The notes below the pieces were generated by a model. It saw only the letters and a program-made list of their open reading frames with translations. It was not told the DNA's origin and did not search any database. A stretch of DNA of 64,000 nt, taken from Mytilus trossulus. Its lineage: Eukaryota. Both the position numbers and the translations under genes were made by a program. Shown one piece after another: positions 1 to 12,608 of the stretch. Numbering within the stretch: position 1 is the stretch's first letter; every line of letters begins with the position of its first letter. The DNA lies in contig NC_086384.1 of assembly GCF_036588685.1 (NCBI RefSeq), forward strand, positions 33,542,001 through 33,606,000, given 5' to 3'.

Positions 1-1063
1 AGATATCATAGGTAAATTATGCACTGAAGATCTATAAATATGTTTTTAAGAATTGAATGCTTCTTTTTGTAACTTCATTGCGATGTAAAAGCGTTGACCG
101 AAGTATATTTTGTCTCAGGCGCGGAAGAGCAAAAAGGCAGAATAGCCAACATAGCTACACTTTATCCAGTATGTCATAGATATGTTATTATATCTAGATT
201 TTTTGTTTTTAAAATTAAAATATTAGTCTAAGATTTGTCTTTAACGATTCTAATATAAAATGGTAAGAGGATGTCATAAAATCGTATTGACAAACATTTG
301 GGCTGAACAAAAAACTGTTGCATTGTCAATATTTCTCTATTCATTTGTTGACGTTAACAATGATGTGACGTTAATAAAGATACAGAAAACTACTATTATA
401 ACTTGTAGTGTTATCGTATGTATATTGGACGATAAAATGAGTGTGTGACTGATTCAATGTACCATTTTAAAGACACCATATATCATATTGTGTGCATGTG
501 TTACAACCATACATATGCATGCATGCATTAAGCTGACAATTGGCGATTGCTCTATTTTATTTAACTTAGTTTGTCGACAGATGATTGTTGTTATATTCTT
601 TCTCACTATGCTGTTTGGAAGATAAAGTAAGTATAGTCTTTAGCATTGACGAAGAACAAAGATCTAATGTTATAGTGATACTCGCTACAACCTGACTGTA
701 ATACTAAATGAAACACAAACATAATAACAAACATTATCATTATCATGATTATTACAAATACAAATTATTATTAAATCATTTGTGAATACACGTATCTCTT
801 CTTGATTTTTAAGCTATGATTACGATAATTAGAAATTTGACAGCACTGGTTTTAAGTGCAAACAAATGTCACAAATCATGAATATTATTGAACGGACAAC
901 ACACCAAATTTTATGTTACATAAAAGCAGATCAGAAAGTACTACATGTATATATTCAAACTGTAATCACCCCTTCGACCCTGATGCTAACCTGTATTCGT
1001 TTTTTATTAGATTTGATTTTGTACAATGAAAGATCTTACTGGATTCATTTTTTTCAACTGTCA

Positions 1064-1646
1064 ATTAATGAATGAGTGTACGTTGCTTTATAACTTCTTG
1101 TAGCAAATAATCAATGCATGATCAGAACGACAGTTGTTCATGATAATGATGCTTTGATGCTTATGTCGACATAAATTGACGAAATAATTTTAGTTTTTGT
1201 TTTGTTTTGTTTTGTTTTGTTTTGTTTTGTTTTGTTTGTATATTTGTTTATTGTGATTCCAACATTATTTCATTTATCACAGTAAGTAACACTAGCATAT
1301 CTTCGAAATCTCATATACATGCATATACACATATGTGTGTTTTATTTCTATTAATGATTGAGTGTACGTTGCTTAATAACTTGTTGTAGAAAACAATCCA
1401 TGAATGTTCAGAACGACAATTGTTCATGATAATGTTGACTTGATGATAATATCGACATAAATATTGACGAAATAATTTTAGTTTTTGTTTTGTTTTTGTG
1501 TTTTTTTGTGTGTGTATTTTTTATTAATTTTTTTTTGTGTGTATTTCTTTAATGTCATTCAAACATTATTTCATATATCACAGTAGGTAAACTTAGTATA
1601 TCTTCCAAATCTAATATACACATATGTTTATTTTATTTCTATTAAT
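1064..1646. repeat. Diverged tandem duplication (~286-bp unit x2) containing a (GTTTT)n microsatellite
   Basis: The block attaatga(a/t)tgagtgtacgttgctt...cagaacgaca(g/a)ttgttcatgataatg...gacgaaataattttagtttttgttttg occurs at ~1064 and ~1350. Confidence 0.85.
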
Positions 1647-2815
1647 GACATTTAAAAGACAGTTACATGTAGCAAGGTGTTTGATTACATGATGAGTAAT
1701 TGCCTATATACTTAAATGCACTACAATGCACTTAAATAACACTGCAAATATTTATGTGTTTGTGTGTACTAGTAAGAAGTATGCATGTTCGACTATATAA
1801 TATTTTTTCAATACAGATGCTAATATTTTACTTTTACAATCACTTGAACATGCATATGTAAATGCAGAGAACTTTTATGGGATATGCCTATCTCTCGATC
1901 CCTTCCAAAATCAAAATATGCTTCAATCAAAATCACAGTGCAGGTCGTACATGCAATTCATACGTTGATGATGTATTTGTGTTAAGAATACAAAATTTAA
2001 ACACATATTTATCAAGTGTATGACTGTAATTATGCCATTGTGTATCGAATTAAACTACAAAAACATATTTTAAGGAACTTACCTGCGTTTATATGTACTT
2101 CGATATAACTACAATGAAATTATCGTCTCCGAGATTATTTTTGTCCTAGGTACTAGTAATATGTAATATAAACTGTTACCTATATACATGTTACCTATAT
2201 AGGACAAAGATGTGTTAACCTAACATAAACTTACATGTGCTCCGCGTTGAAGGCCGTACTTTGACAAATACATTTTTTTCTTTTACTAATTGTGACTTGG
2301 ATGGAGAGTTGTCTTATTGACACTCATATCACATTTTTTTTTATATCTATTGTTTTTTAGACACTTTAGATTTTTTCTAGTTTGACTTTTTTAATTTTAA
2401 AAGAGGCTAAAGTGAGAGGCTTTAAAATTAAAAAATATAATATGTGAGAAAAAGTAAAAAATAAAAAGTGAAAAAAAGTAAAAAAGTAAAAAAAAACCAT
2501 TACATCGTCGACAACCACAGATTAAATTGTTCTTGTTAAATTGACAAATTAACGTTTTTCTAATCAATTGTTTTAATATCAAACGAGTCAATATCGTGGG
2601 AGAGAAAAGGAAAAAAAACTAAATGTTCTCCCTGTCATAAATCGAAAGTAAAAAATGAAGAACAAAATCGTACACACCATTGTTTTGAAACTGTCGATAA
2701 TATCATTCATGTTCCATTTTGTTATAATTTATTAACATACCATTATAAGTACGGTATATAGTCTTTTCCCTGCATTGAAATGTATTACTTTACATGACGA
2801 GGTCAGATAAAAATA

Positions 2816-3032
2816 CCGTATAGCTGGTTATTTTCGCGGGGTGTAAATTTTCGCTTATTTTCGCGAATAGAACAAAACCGCCAAAATAAATTCCGCCAAT
2901 TTATTAGTGTGCATGCAAAGGTAATGTAAAAAATGTTAAATCCGCCAAAATAATAACCGTCAAAATATTTCGTATACCTTATTCAATGAAAATCGCGAAA
3001 TTTTACACCCGCGAAAATAACCCGCTATACGG
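2816..3032. mobile_element. MITE, Tc1/mariner-type, TA target-site duplication
   Basis: TIRs CCGTATAGCTGGTTATTTTCGCGGGGTGTAAA / TTTACACCCGCGAAAATAACCCGCTATACGG, flanked by TA at 2814-2815 and 3033-3034. Confidence 0.85.
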
Positions 3033-3634
3033 TATATGATACGAAAATTGCGTGTTTTTGACTGGTCTATACTGCAATGTGTAATGAAATTCAGGTACTT
3101 TCATAGACTTATCGTGAGGTCAAAGATAACTTATAAGTTCACAACGGACCTATTTTCGTCAATTATCAAAAGTAATAGTTCGCCAAAGGCTTAAGAATGT
3201 ACTTAGGTGAGGTTTGGTGAAAATTAATCAATAAAGAAGTTAAAATTGATACTTTACAAAAAAAATGTGTCTGATGTCCCTTGCGCGTTGTTGAAGACCT
3301 TACGGTAACATGTAATTGTAAATATGCAAATAAAGGCAACAGTAGTATAACGTAGTATAATTATATTTGTTAAAAATCAATAATAGATTAAGAGAATACA
3401 TCAGGGTTATACATTATAGTCAACTAATAACGTTAAGATAGTTGTCTCGATCATTGGCGTTCAAACTTTGTCTTTTTTTATCTGTGTTTATCTGTGATAT
3501 TTTATTATTTCACCTTGACACACACCTCGATGAGCCTCGCTTCGTTACAGTTTTACTCCTAGTTATAAGGGTGGATCTTTGTAAATCTTATGATCGTTTT
3601 TGTGAAATTTTGATAGACTTGATTATATTACGTT

Positions 3635-3835
3635 ATAGTTATCAGAGGTACGAGGCTTATAATTCTATACGCCAGACGCGCGTTTCGTTTACAAACAACT
3701 CATCAGTTACGCTCAGATCAAAAAGTTTGTACACCAAAACAAGTAAAAAGATGAAAAGCAGCATTGAAGACCATTAATTCAAAAAAGTTGTGCCAAATAC
3801 GGTTTAGGTTATCTATGCCTGGGATAAGAAATTAT
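3635..3835 (-). mobile_element. Partial copy of the hammerhead-bearing ~360-bp repeat (retrozyme-like)
   Basis: Reverse complement aligns with the copies at 20049-20422 and 61652-62046. Confidence 0.75.
3669..3712 (-). ncRNA. Minimal type I hammerhead ribozyme motif, catalytic core intact
   Basis: The - strand reads GCGUAA CUGAUGA GUU(guuugua)AAC GAAAC gcgc GUC UGGCGU. It has the CUGAUGA and GAAA boxes, a GUC cleavage triplet, a short palindromic stem III and one mismatch in stem I. Confidence 0.75.
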
Positions 3836-4750
3836 AGAATCGTGTCTATGCATTATGCTAGATTGAGTGTTTTGAGTGATATATTCTTAAGGGTTAATCT
3901 TTATTTTATTCAATGCAAATTGAAGCAGAGACAAGTATCTCTAGTTCAATTGGACATTGTTGCGTATGAATACATCCGACATATCCAAAAGATATACTCT
4001 GAACGCTGCATACGTCTACTATATGTCCTTTTCTCGTATGGTTTCACTGGCAGTCGGGAGAAATTATATTTGTATACCCACGTCTCTACAAATCATGGCT
4101 AAAGGAAAAATGAATACAGTATGCACATTTATTACAATTTGAAAATAAAGACCATGCATTAAAGGTAAATTTGTATCTTGCTTTCGTCCACAACTGTATT
4201 TGTAATTGGCAGTTTAAAGTTTGATAACTCTATCGAAGACTTTCAGATCGTGTTTATAAAAAGAATCACTTTGACATCGATGAGATAATTTTCTTCCTAA
4301 AATACTTGTCATTATTGTCAACTTACATCTTTTTCTTACAATATGATTATGATGTATTCGTATCATTGTACACATGTTAAAACTTTTATATATTTTCCGA
4401 TACATTCACATTGTTTGTAGAAAACAATTACATTTTTGTTATGGCATCTCACGTCTATATGTTTCGGTCGACTGTTTCGTAGATGGAAAATTCAATTTTA
4501 ATTACGTAACTATTATTACACTTAATTAAAAGATATACTTTATTATCTATTATAATCTGTCAACTTTTCGAACCATTAAACATGTTTTCACTTAGTGAGG
4601 TGAAACTTGCTTTATGATTATTCGGTTTTGATTTAGTGATTAGATACTGATTGGTTTAGAGTATTGCTACTAGAAGTTATAGAAGGATAAAACAATTGCA
4701 AGGTTTATGCTTGGCAAAAATTCGACTGTCCACATTTATATTTACTGAAA

Positions 4751-5047
4751 ATGCATTTTATGTGTGTCGGTTTGTTTTCATTTCTCTGGATCAAACTTTC
4801 AACGGCATTTGACATAACTGGGGGAATTTTTCAGAAAGATGTATATATGGACTCGTATGTTATAATAGCTGAAAAAAATTTAGGACCACAAATGTGTGTT
4901 AATGACTGTTTTCTTTATAAAGGATGCAATGGAATTGTTTTTGAGCCTAAAAAGCTGCTATGCGAGCTACTGTCGATTTCATATCCCGAGGATATAATCG
5001 TAAGCAGATCTGGATTCTATTTTAGTGAAATTAATAGCTGGGAGAAG
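4751..5047 (+). CDS. Exon 1 of secreted PAN/apple + EGF protein (signal peptide + PAN/apple domain)
   Basis: ATG, hydrophobic N-terminus (MHFMCVGLFSFLWIKLSTA), C-x3-C-x5-C-x11-C-EL pattern typical of PAN domains, and donor AAG|gtaaat after codon 99 (phase 0). Confidence 0.85.
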
Positions 5048-5559
5048 GTAAATCATTTCTATATATATATATATATTATGTAATTCATTATACGAATTAA
5101 AAAATTTTTTTAGTTTTCATAAATAAAATTGATTAATTTTGATTAACTACATCAAATTGAGAAAGGAAATGGTGAATATGTCAAAGCGACAACCACCCGA
5201 CCATAGAGCAAACAACAGTACTCGGTTTGGAAAGATTTGAGAACTTAAGGCATAACTTATTGTTGTTTGACAGTTGTTTTGTTATATACCTTCATATTTA
5301 CTCTTACTTTAATCTATAGTTTTCATAGAAAGCATGCATTTATGTTTTTGACAATAATTAAGTCATCACTTTAGAATTTGAATAGTCCAAGTAAAAAGTC
5401 GCCATCAAATTGATTAGAGCCGTCTCGGTTTGAAATAGTTTTATCGTGAGGAAAGTCTTTACTACAATTTCAACAACAGTCAGAGATGCATAAAATATAA
5501 AAGAGTACATAGTTATCATAGTTAGAATGTTAAGACGATATATCAAATATACAAATCAT

Positions 5560-5975
5560 ATAGATTCTTCCACTGCATAGAGTATGATACGATATTTATT
5601 ATCTAGAGACAGTTAGATTTTCAAATTTAAAACGCAAGGCTAGCCGATCGTTTTAAATATCTAAAACTTAATTGTCGATAGTGGATACATATCGTATTAC
5701 CTGAGATTTGGTGATGGAATCTGTTTATCTAATGTCTTTCAAACAATATGAAGGCAAACTTATTCCTTCTTTTCCAATGATTTGCGAGCTGATGTGTTCT
5801 TCATATGTGACAAGGAACGGTCAGCTTTTTCATACCGTTACATAAGAAATGTAGAGGAAAGATAGAAAATTCGACGTCATAATCGCATTTTAACCAATAA
5901 ACAACTGAGATCATACATGTACGAACCACACGTTTTTTTTTTAACAATTGGTGCAACTAGGGATGAATTAGAGAA
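5560..5975. mobile_element. Foldback-type non-autonomous element remnant with internal long palindrome
   Basis: Nested inverted repeats within ~5585-5698: atacgatat/atatcgtat, tttaaaacg/cgttttaaa and ggctagcc. Confidence 0.45.
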
Positions 5976-6855
5976 AAAAAAATATGTATATGGGACTCGG
6001 CGTCCAATCTCACGTCATAATAAATCTTAGAAAAAGATTCCAAAATTGACAACCAATTCATTTCGATGTTCAGTCAATGGTTGACAAGTCACGTCGTCAA
6101 TAACAACAATTGTGACGAATAAGATAAAACGTTTATTATTCATGAAAACAAATCAGTACTATGATTTCATTACTTTATCATCGGTGTCAACTATTAAAGA
6201 TATTAATTGAAACTGAACATTTGTTCGCTTTGATGATATATTTATATAGTCATGATAGTCTGCAGGTTTTAAGTTATTGTAGGTACAGTGTAACTAAATT
6301 TCCACATCCTAAGTGAGTAGTTGTTGTATCTTACAGTTTACATGTATGTGTGTTAAACAAATGTGGGCAAGTTGACTTTCAAGAAAAGCTTTGCTCATTT
6401 TTAAAGGCCGGCCAGTAACATATAGATTTTAATTTATATGTCATTTTGTTTCTGCTGAAGTGTTGTCATATCATACCACATCTTTGTTTCCTGTCTCTTG
6501 AATTAAATTCATTCCACACTATCTGCTATAACTGGGAAATGCATTATTGTTCAAATCAAAACGGAAAACCCCTAATCGAATAACAAAATCAAAAGCTCAA
6601 TCAAATCAAACGAATGGACAACAACTGTAATATTTCGGTTGTGGCTTTAGTTAAAAATTCGTTTTCATTTTTTATAGTTTTTTTGTTGTGAACAATTTAC
6701 CACTGAAATAGCATTCATCGAATAACAAAAATTACATTTTACCTCGTTTGTCATGAAAATAATGTTGTTCATGTTACGATTACTTTTGAACAAAACTATC
6801 ATTTAAATCCAATTTGCAAACATTATTTAGGGATTTTCATTCATATATATTTTAG

Positions 6856-6943
6856 CAACATAGTTCGTGTTGGCCTAATCCATGTTCGGAAGGAACAAAA
6901 TGTGTTGAAGCACGGAATGGGCAACATATATGTGTCAGCTTTG
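6856..6943 (+). CDS. Exon 2 of PAN-EGF gene (partial, 4-Cys EGF-like module)
   Basis: tttag|CAA...TTT G|gtgagt encodes QHSSCWPNPCSEGTKCVEARNGQHICVSF. Phase 0 to 1 fits the neighbouring exons. Confidence 0.85.
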
Positions 6944-7504
6944 GTGAGTACAACGTCTTGACATTCCATTTTTCGTTTCACGTCACAGAACATGCGTTTC
7001 TTATCGAAAATAAAAAGAAATATATCTTTCCATAATATAACATGATAACATTGTGAGATGAATTTTTTTTATTGAAAAGAAATTTATCCTTTCATAATAT
7101 TACTTAGTACTCGAAATTTACTCACTCTTTCATAAAAAAACAGTATCTAAACGTTAAAACAAATGTGTAAATTTATTTGGAAATAAATCAAAAGGTCAAT
7201 CTACCTGATTTTATTGTGTATCAATCCACCACCTGGTTTACATCTTTTTATTTTATAAATATCATAGTTCTGGTCATGTTTCTGTTTTGTTTTTTGTTAA
7301 TATTTTTTTTGGTTATTTGTTGAGTTTTGTATAATTTTACTCAATGAATGGTCATACGCGTTATATTTCATAGATTTTTGCGTTCATATTATACCCGAGA
7401 TGATGCTACTCATTGATAAACCTAACATGCAAATATTTTTTTTCTACGGGATTCATTTTCTTATGAACTCATTATTGATTGTTTTTTTTTTAATTTTTGT
7501 GTGA

Positions 7505-7593
7505 CTAACGATTCTTCTGAAAAGTAACTTTTGTTTTGCTAACGATTCTTCTGAAAAGTAGAATTTGTTTTGCTTACGATTCTTCTAAAAAGT
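7505..7593. repeat. 34-bp minisatellite, ~2.6 copies (intronic)
   Basis: ctaacgattcttctgaaaagta...ttgttttg units start at 7505, 7539 and 7573. Confidence 0.85.
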
Positions 7594-7907
7594 GTATAGT
7601 GGATCGGTCGGTCGTGTTGAATGACATTGGATTTGAATATTTCATTGAGGCATCCTGAACAATTAAACAGTGCCTGCATCGAAATTAGTTTTACTGCCTT
7701 ATGGGAGAAATCAAGGTGATCATTGGTACATACATTGTATCATTGGGTTTGAGTGACAAATTGAAATACACCAGTAAACTTCGTCAACGGGGTGTATATA
7801 AATTACGGAAACAGGGATCTAGATAAATACTCATAATGGCACGATTAACATGTTAAAATTTCAAGATTTAAAGGATTTTTTATTATTTTTTCGTGGAATT
7901 TTTCCAG

Positions 7908-8015
7908 ATGTGTATTGTGATAACCACAAGTGCAAAAATGGTGCCACGTGTCGTAATTCAGTCAACGGCTACATCTGTTTGTGTCGTAGTGGGTATCATG
8001 GGCAATTCTGTCAAA
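7908..8015 (+). CDS. Exon 3 of PAN-EGF gene (EGF domain)
   Basis: ttccag|...|gtaagt, 108 nt, phase 1-1; [36 protein letters not shown]. Confidence 0.92.
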
Positions 8016-9062
8016 GTAAGTATAGCTTTGTGTATAGCTTTTTATAATAGCAACATAATATCAATAGCTATATTTGAAAAAAAATATATCTGTAGTTTAA
8101 ATTGGAAAGCGTGTGTATCGTTTCAGTATCTTAAATGCACCAAGTACCCTAATTGAACGTACTTAGCAACAAAGCAGTAAAATTGTTACAAATTTCAAAA
8201 GGCTTAAACGATATGTATTTTTGTTTTCAAAACAATATGCACGCCTGTCAAATAGGTAAAGTTGTTTCAATATTCACAAAACGTTCACAGTATAAATCAA
8301 CAGATGATGCATTCACTAAAAAAAAAAATAACTTCGTCATGCGACGTCCACGTCATTTATTGAAAATAATCTAAAATATGAAACGATCATATATTTTTAA
8401 AACATTAAATATTTAAAGAAATAAAACAAAACATTTGTTATTCGATTTTCAAGAATGTGAATTTAAGCAAAAATGCAATTTCGGTACTCCACATTGTTTT
8501 CGTTTTACTATGACTCAATTTGGATTCAAAATAAAAATGTTTGAACTATTGAGTGTATAAGGACACAACTACAAATTAAACAAATACTGAGAACTTGTGT
8601 CTTGATCATAAGCGTAAGTGAAAAATAGTTGCAATTCCTGTATAAACTTGTTATCGGGTGTCCTATCATACATTTGCATCCCAACATATATCGGTTGCCT
8701 GTTATTGTATTCTATACATATATAACTTTAACAGTTTGCCCACTGACAGACTACATTTGTATATTGAGTTGATGAACTTTCGACACCAAAACATGTGTAT
8801 TGCAATCAAATTCCATTGACGGTTTGTTCGTTGATATCAGTTATATAAAGTTTGAAGACTTAGGTTTGTAATCGTGTTATGAATTCAGGTGATCCTTGCA
8901 TTATACTGTAGGGTTCGAGTGACAAATAGCAAAACATCGGTAAAGTTTGGTGACAGGGATGTATATAATTTTGATCATTTACGAGAAAAAGAGAGTAAAT
9001 ACCATTTTGTGATGATCATCGTATTAAATGTTCTACTCGTTTTCCTTGTATATCTCTTCCAG

Positions 9063-9170
9063 AGAGGTACTGTGATAACCACACGTGTCATAATGGTGCC
9101 ACGTGTCGTAATGAAGTCGATAGGTACACCTGTTTATGTCCTAATGGGTATCATGGGCAATACTGTCGAA
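9063..9170 (+). CDS. Exon 4 of PAN-EGF gene (EGF domain)
   Basis: ttccag|...|gtaagt, 108 nt, phase 1-1; KRYCDNHTCHNGATCRNEVDRYTCLCPNGYHGQYCR. Confidence 0.92.
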
Positions 9171-10985
9171 GTAAGTATAAGTGTGTAGCATTATTTTAGT
9201 AACAAATTTGTACTATAGTTGTATTTGAAAACAAATCTGTAGTTAAATTTGGAAAGCAACGGTTAACGTAACAGTATCCACATTGCACCAAGTTCCCAAA
9301 TAGTAAATAAAGCAGCAACAATTTAACAACTTTCTTAGGAACGACTTGAATTTTTTATTAGACATTATGCACGATGTTCAGATAGGTAAAGATATTTTAA
9401 TATTAAAAAAACGTTCATAGTTTAACAGATGAAGCATTCACTGGGGAAAATAGAATTTTCCGAAAATTCGTTATGCAACGTCCACGAAAAGTCATCTTTT
9501 ACTAATGAGGAAAAAAATTATGATGCAAGCATACATGTACATCCGTATTCCTAAAAAGGCGGACAAATGATTTCTTTTTATTACATATATTTGATAAAAT
9601 AAATCAAAATATCTGTTGTTCGATTTTAAAGGGTGTGAATTTGAGCATGGATGCATTTTTGGTACTTCACATTACAGAATCGTGGATCGTAAGTCGGTTC
9701 AAACCAATTGTTCTATGATTCAACATCTTCAATATGGATTAAAAATTACCTTGTTTGAACTAAAGTGTTCATAAGGACACATCCAGAATGAATCCTTTTT
9801 TATCATAAATACACGCAGGCAAAAAACCTGCAAAATTAGGTACAATTTCGGTATCCTCACATTATAAGTTATTATCCTACAACAAGTAATCCTATCCTAC
9901 ATTAACATCCCTACAGATATCGGTAACTTGTATTATTATACTATACAAATATATCTTTAAGGGTCAATCCACTTCACGGTTACAGTTGTATAATGATGTT
10001 GATGGGTATTGTATGAACATTAATTGTTAATGTTTGTGTCATTTTGGTCTTTTGTGAATAGTTGTCTCATTGACAATCATACCACTTCTTCTTTCTTATA
10101 TTGACCTCAAAATGTGAACCGTTATTAAATTCCACTGATGTATTTCTCCGTCTGAGAATGTTTCAGTCTCCGATCCAACGACCACAACTGAATTATAGGC
10201 ACATCTGCATTTTACACTGTCAATATATATTTGTTCCGCCTGACAGAAGTTCCAATGGAAACTTAGTTTTAAAAATTGTCATAATATCTACTCCTGGTGG
10301 AACAAATATTCCATACCATTTATTCCGTAAGGAACCTATACTGTAATAATTATTCCTGTGGAAAAAAGCATTCCAGAATATGTTTTCCTTTTGGTTTGGA
10401 ATTTGTATTATGAATGAACTTCTATTCCGTGACAACACCCACCATACGAATGTATACTCTATGAAAATGATTCAATCGAGAAAAGGACACAATCAGTAAT
10501 CGTACAAACAGACGCATATAGCTTGGTATCTAAATAACGTGTAATGACATTTCACTGATGAGTTTATACACAGACAAATTGGATGGATCAAATAATTCGG
10601 GATGGTTACAATAAAATATAGGATGATGAGTGTCTTTCTTTATCATTACTCAGTAAGAGCAATATTTGTCTATTAAATTATAAAAGGAGAACTAAGCCAG
10701 GCTGATAAAATATTTTGTTACTTTTTCAACAAACTTGTTCATTTTAAACTTTTCAATATCGTTTATAAGCTTCTGGATCGCTGATGACTATATCAAATGC
10801 ATAAATGTTGAAGACTTAGGTTTGTTATTTTGTTATGTATTCAGGTGATCATTTCTTCATATTATTGGGTCCGGTAAAGTTTGTTGAGGATGTACTTCTT
10901 TTATATCTTTACGGGAAAAGAGAGTTATAGCCATTTTGTCATCGTATTAAGTATTAATTTCTTTTTCGTTGTAATTCTGGTCAAG

Positions 10986-11093
10986 ATAGGTATTGTGATA
11001 ACCACATGTGTCAAAATGGTGCCACATGTCGTAATTTAGACAACAGCTTCTTCTGTTTATGTCGTATAGGGTATAGTGGAAAATACTGTGACA
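10986..11093 (+). CDS. Exon 5 of PAN-EGF gene (EGF domain)
   Basis: tcaag|...|gtaagt, 108 nt, phase 1-1; NRYCDNHMCQNGATCRNLDNSFFCLCRIGYSGKYCD. Confidence 0.88.
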
Positions 11094-11339
11094 GTAAGTA
11101 TAGGTGAATAACATTATTTTTTTGTAATTTTCCTACATGTGGTAGAAACGAGGAAATCAGTCAAATATCAACTTTAAAACCTTTATCCGATTCATGCTAA
11201 TGAAAAACAAATGTTAAACGTTGAGTTTATATAAAAGGACCTGATGTTTCCAATTAATAAACACATGAACAAATAAAACGAAAAAAACTACCCCGGAAAT
11301 GTAAACAGCCTAATTTATAACAATAAAATGCACGAAAAA

Positions 11340-12040
11340 CAAAATGCTTAACCGAGCACGCAGCCTGATACGACCGCAGAGATTTTGATTTTTTAATTTG
11401 ATTGTGACCAAATTTGACAAGATAAAGGTTTCTGACTCAAAAACAATGTTGTCAAAGATCTTAAAAATTGCTTGCGAAATACTGTGCAATTGAAGATTTC
11501 TTGTTGAAACCGTTTGAAAAATTTGAAAAAAATAATCTGAACCCCTAAAACATTTGGAAACATCCGTAATATGTTTGACCCCCCTACCACCCTCTAGGAG
11601 TAAATACCCTCAAACTTAATATGAGATATGGAACCTTGTTGTACAAATTTAGAGATCAATAGACTTAATAGACCCATCCCAAAAAAAAACATCAATCCCA
11701 GCCTTCGTTTTGTGGTATAAAGTAATTACAGTATATAATGGCCGAGAGATCCATACACTTTAGTACAAGTTACTATCTTGGAACTAGAAAATTGCTTGTT
11801 TTTGGTCCCCAATTCTTGCACGTTTATGATTTTACTTACTTACTTAATCCTCTTCGTGCGCACTTGCACATGAGGCCACTACCAAAGCCCTCTACTGTTT
11901 TGGATTATTATCCCCATAATCAATCAAAGCCTTCCCTTTGTGATATGGAACCTTGTGGTACAATTTGAGAGAGATCCATTCACTTACACACAAGTTTTTG
12001 TCTGGAAACTACATACATTGGGCCTTTATTCATAAACTAT
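11340..12040. mobile_element. Non-autonomous element with internal diverged tandem subrepeats (Helentron/HINE-like)
   Basis: Recurring gatatggaaccttgt(t/g)gtacaa and gagagatccat-cactt--tacaagtt motifs at ~11625, ~11745 and ~11943. The class assignment is by resemblance only. Confidence 0.4.
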
Positions 12041-12591
12041 TGTTACTATAAGAACCACCAACCTTCGATAGGAAAACTGACAATCCTAGTCACTTTAGTT
12101 TGGGGTCGAGTGCACATTTTGTGTATTTGTTGAATTAGAGAATTTCAATGAATACATGTAATACATATAAAGGACTTAAATTCAAAATTGAAACTTGTCT
12201 TATGTTGCATGTTTAACAAAATAATATATGATTTTATACATTTAGCTTTCAATTGCCATTTTCCGACACTGAAACAAATGCAAATGTGATCTTTATTTTT
12301 CTTTTAAACTACCTATTGTAAATTCCTCTAAGAAAATAAGTAGTTTTGCACATCACACAAAATGACATACACCTATGCAGAAATTCATTGCATTCTATGT
12401 TTTTATGTAAGATAAGCAGTGCTCAAAAACATGTCGTTTTACCCTGTGGATTTGACGACCAATATTACATGTATACACTTATCAACAACTAACAAAAAAG
12501 TTAGCAAAAAAGACAAGCATATGCTCATGATGATAAAAATAATTTTGTGAAATAAAATATATTTCAATAAATATGTACTTTTTTATTGTAG

Positions 12592-12608
12592 GGTATATCG
12601 GATATTGA
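12592..12608 (+). CDS. Probable last coding exon of PAN-EGF gene (RYIGY-stop)
   Basis: Strong acceptor cttttttattgtag|GG TAT ATC GGA TAT TGA in phase 1, with AATAAA downstream (~12997, ~13215). Gives a ~241-aa protein. Confidence 0.55.

Noticed and set aside
7505-7593. Short direct repeats as a CRISPR array
   Set aside because: Contiguous 34-bp units with no unique spacers, no cas genes, and an intronic eukaryotic context.
7908-11093. EGF exons as mussel foot protein-2
   Set aside because: An N-terminal PAN domain, only three full EGFs, and no repeated Lys/Pro-rich CxPNPC units. The architecture differs.
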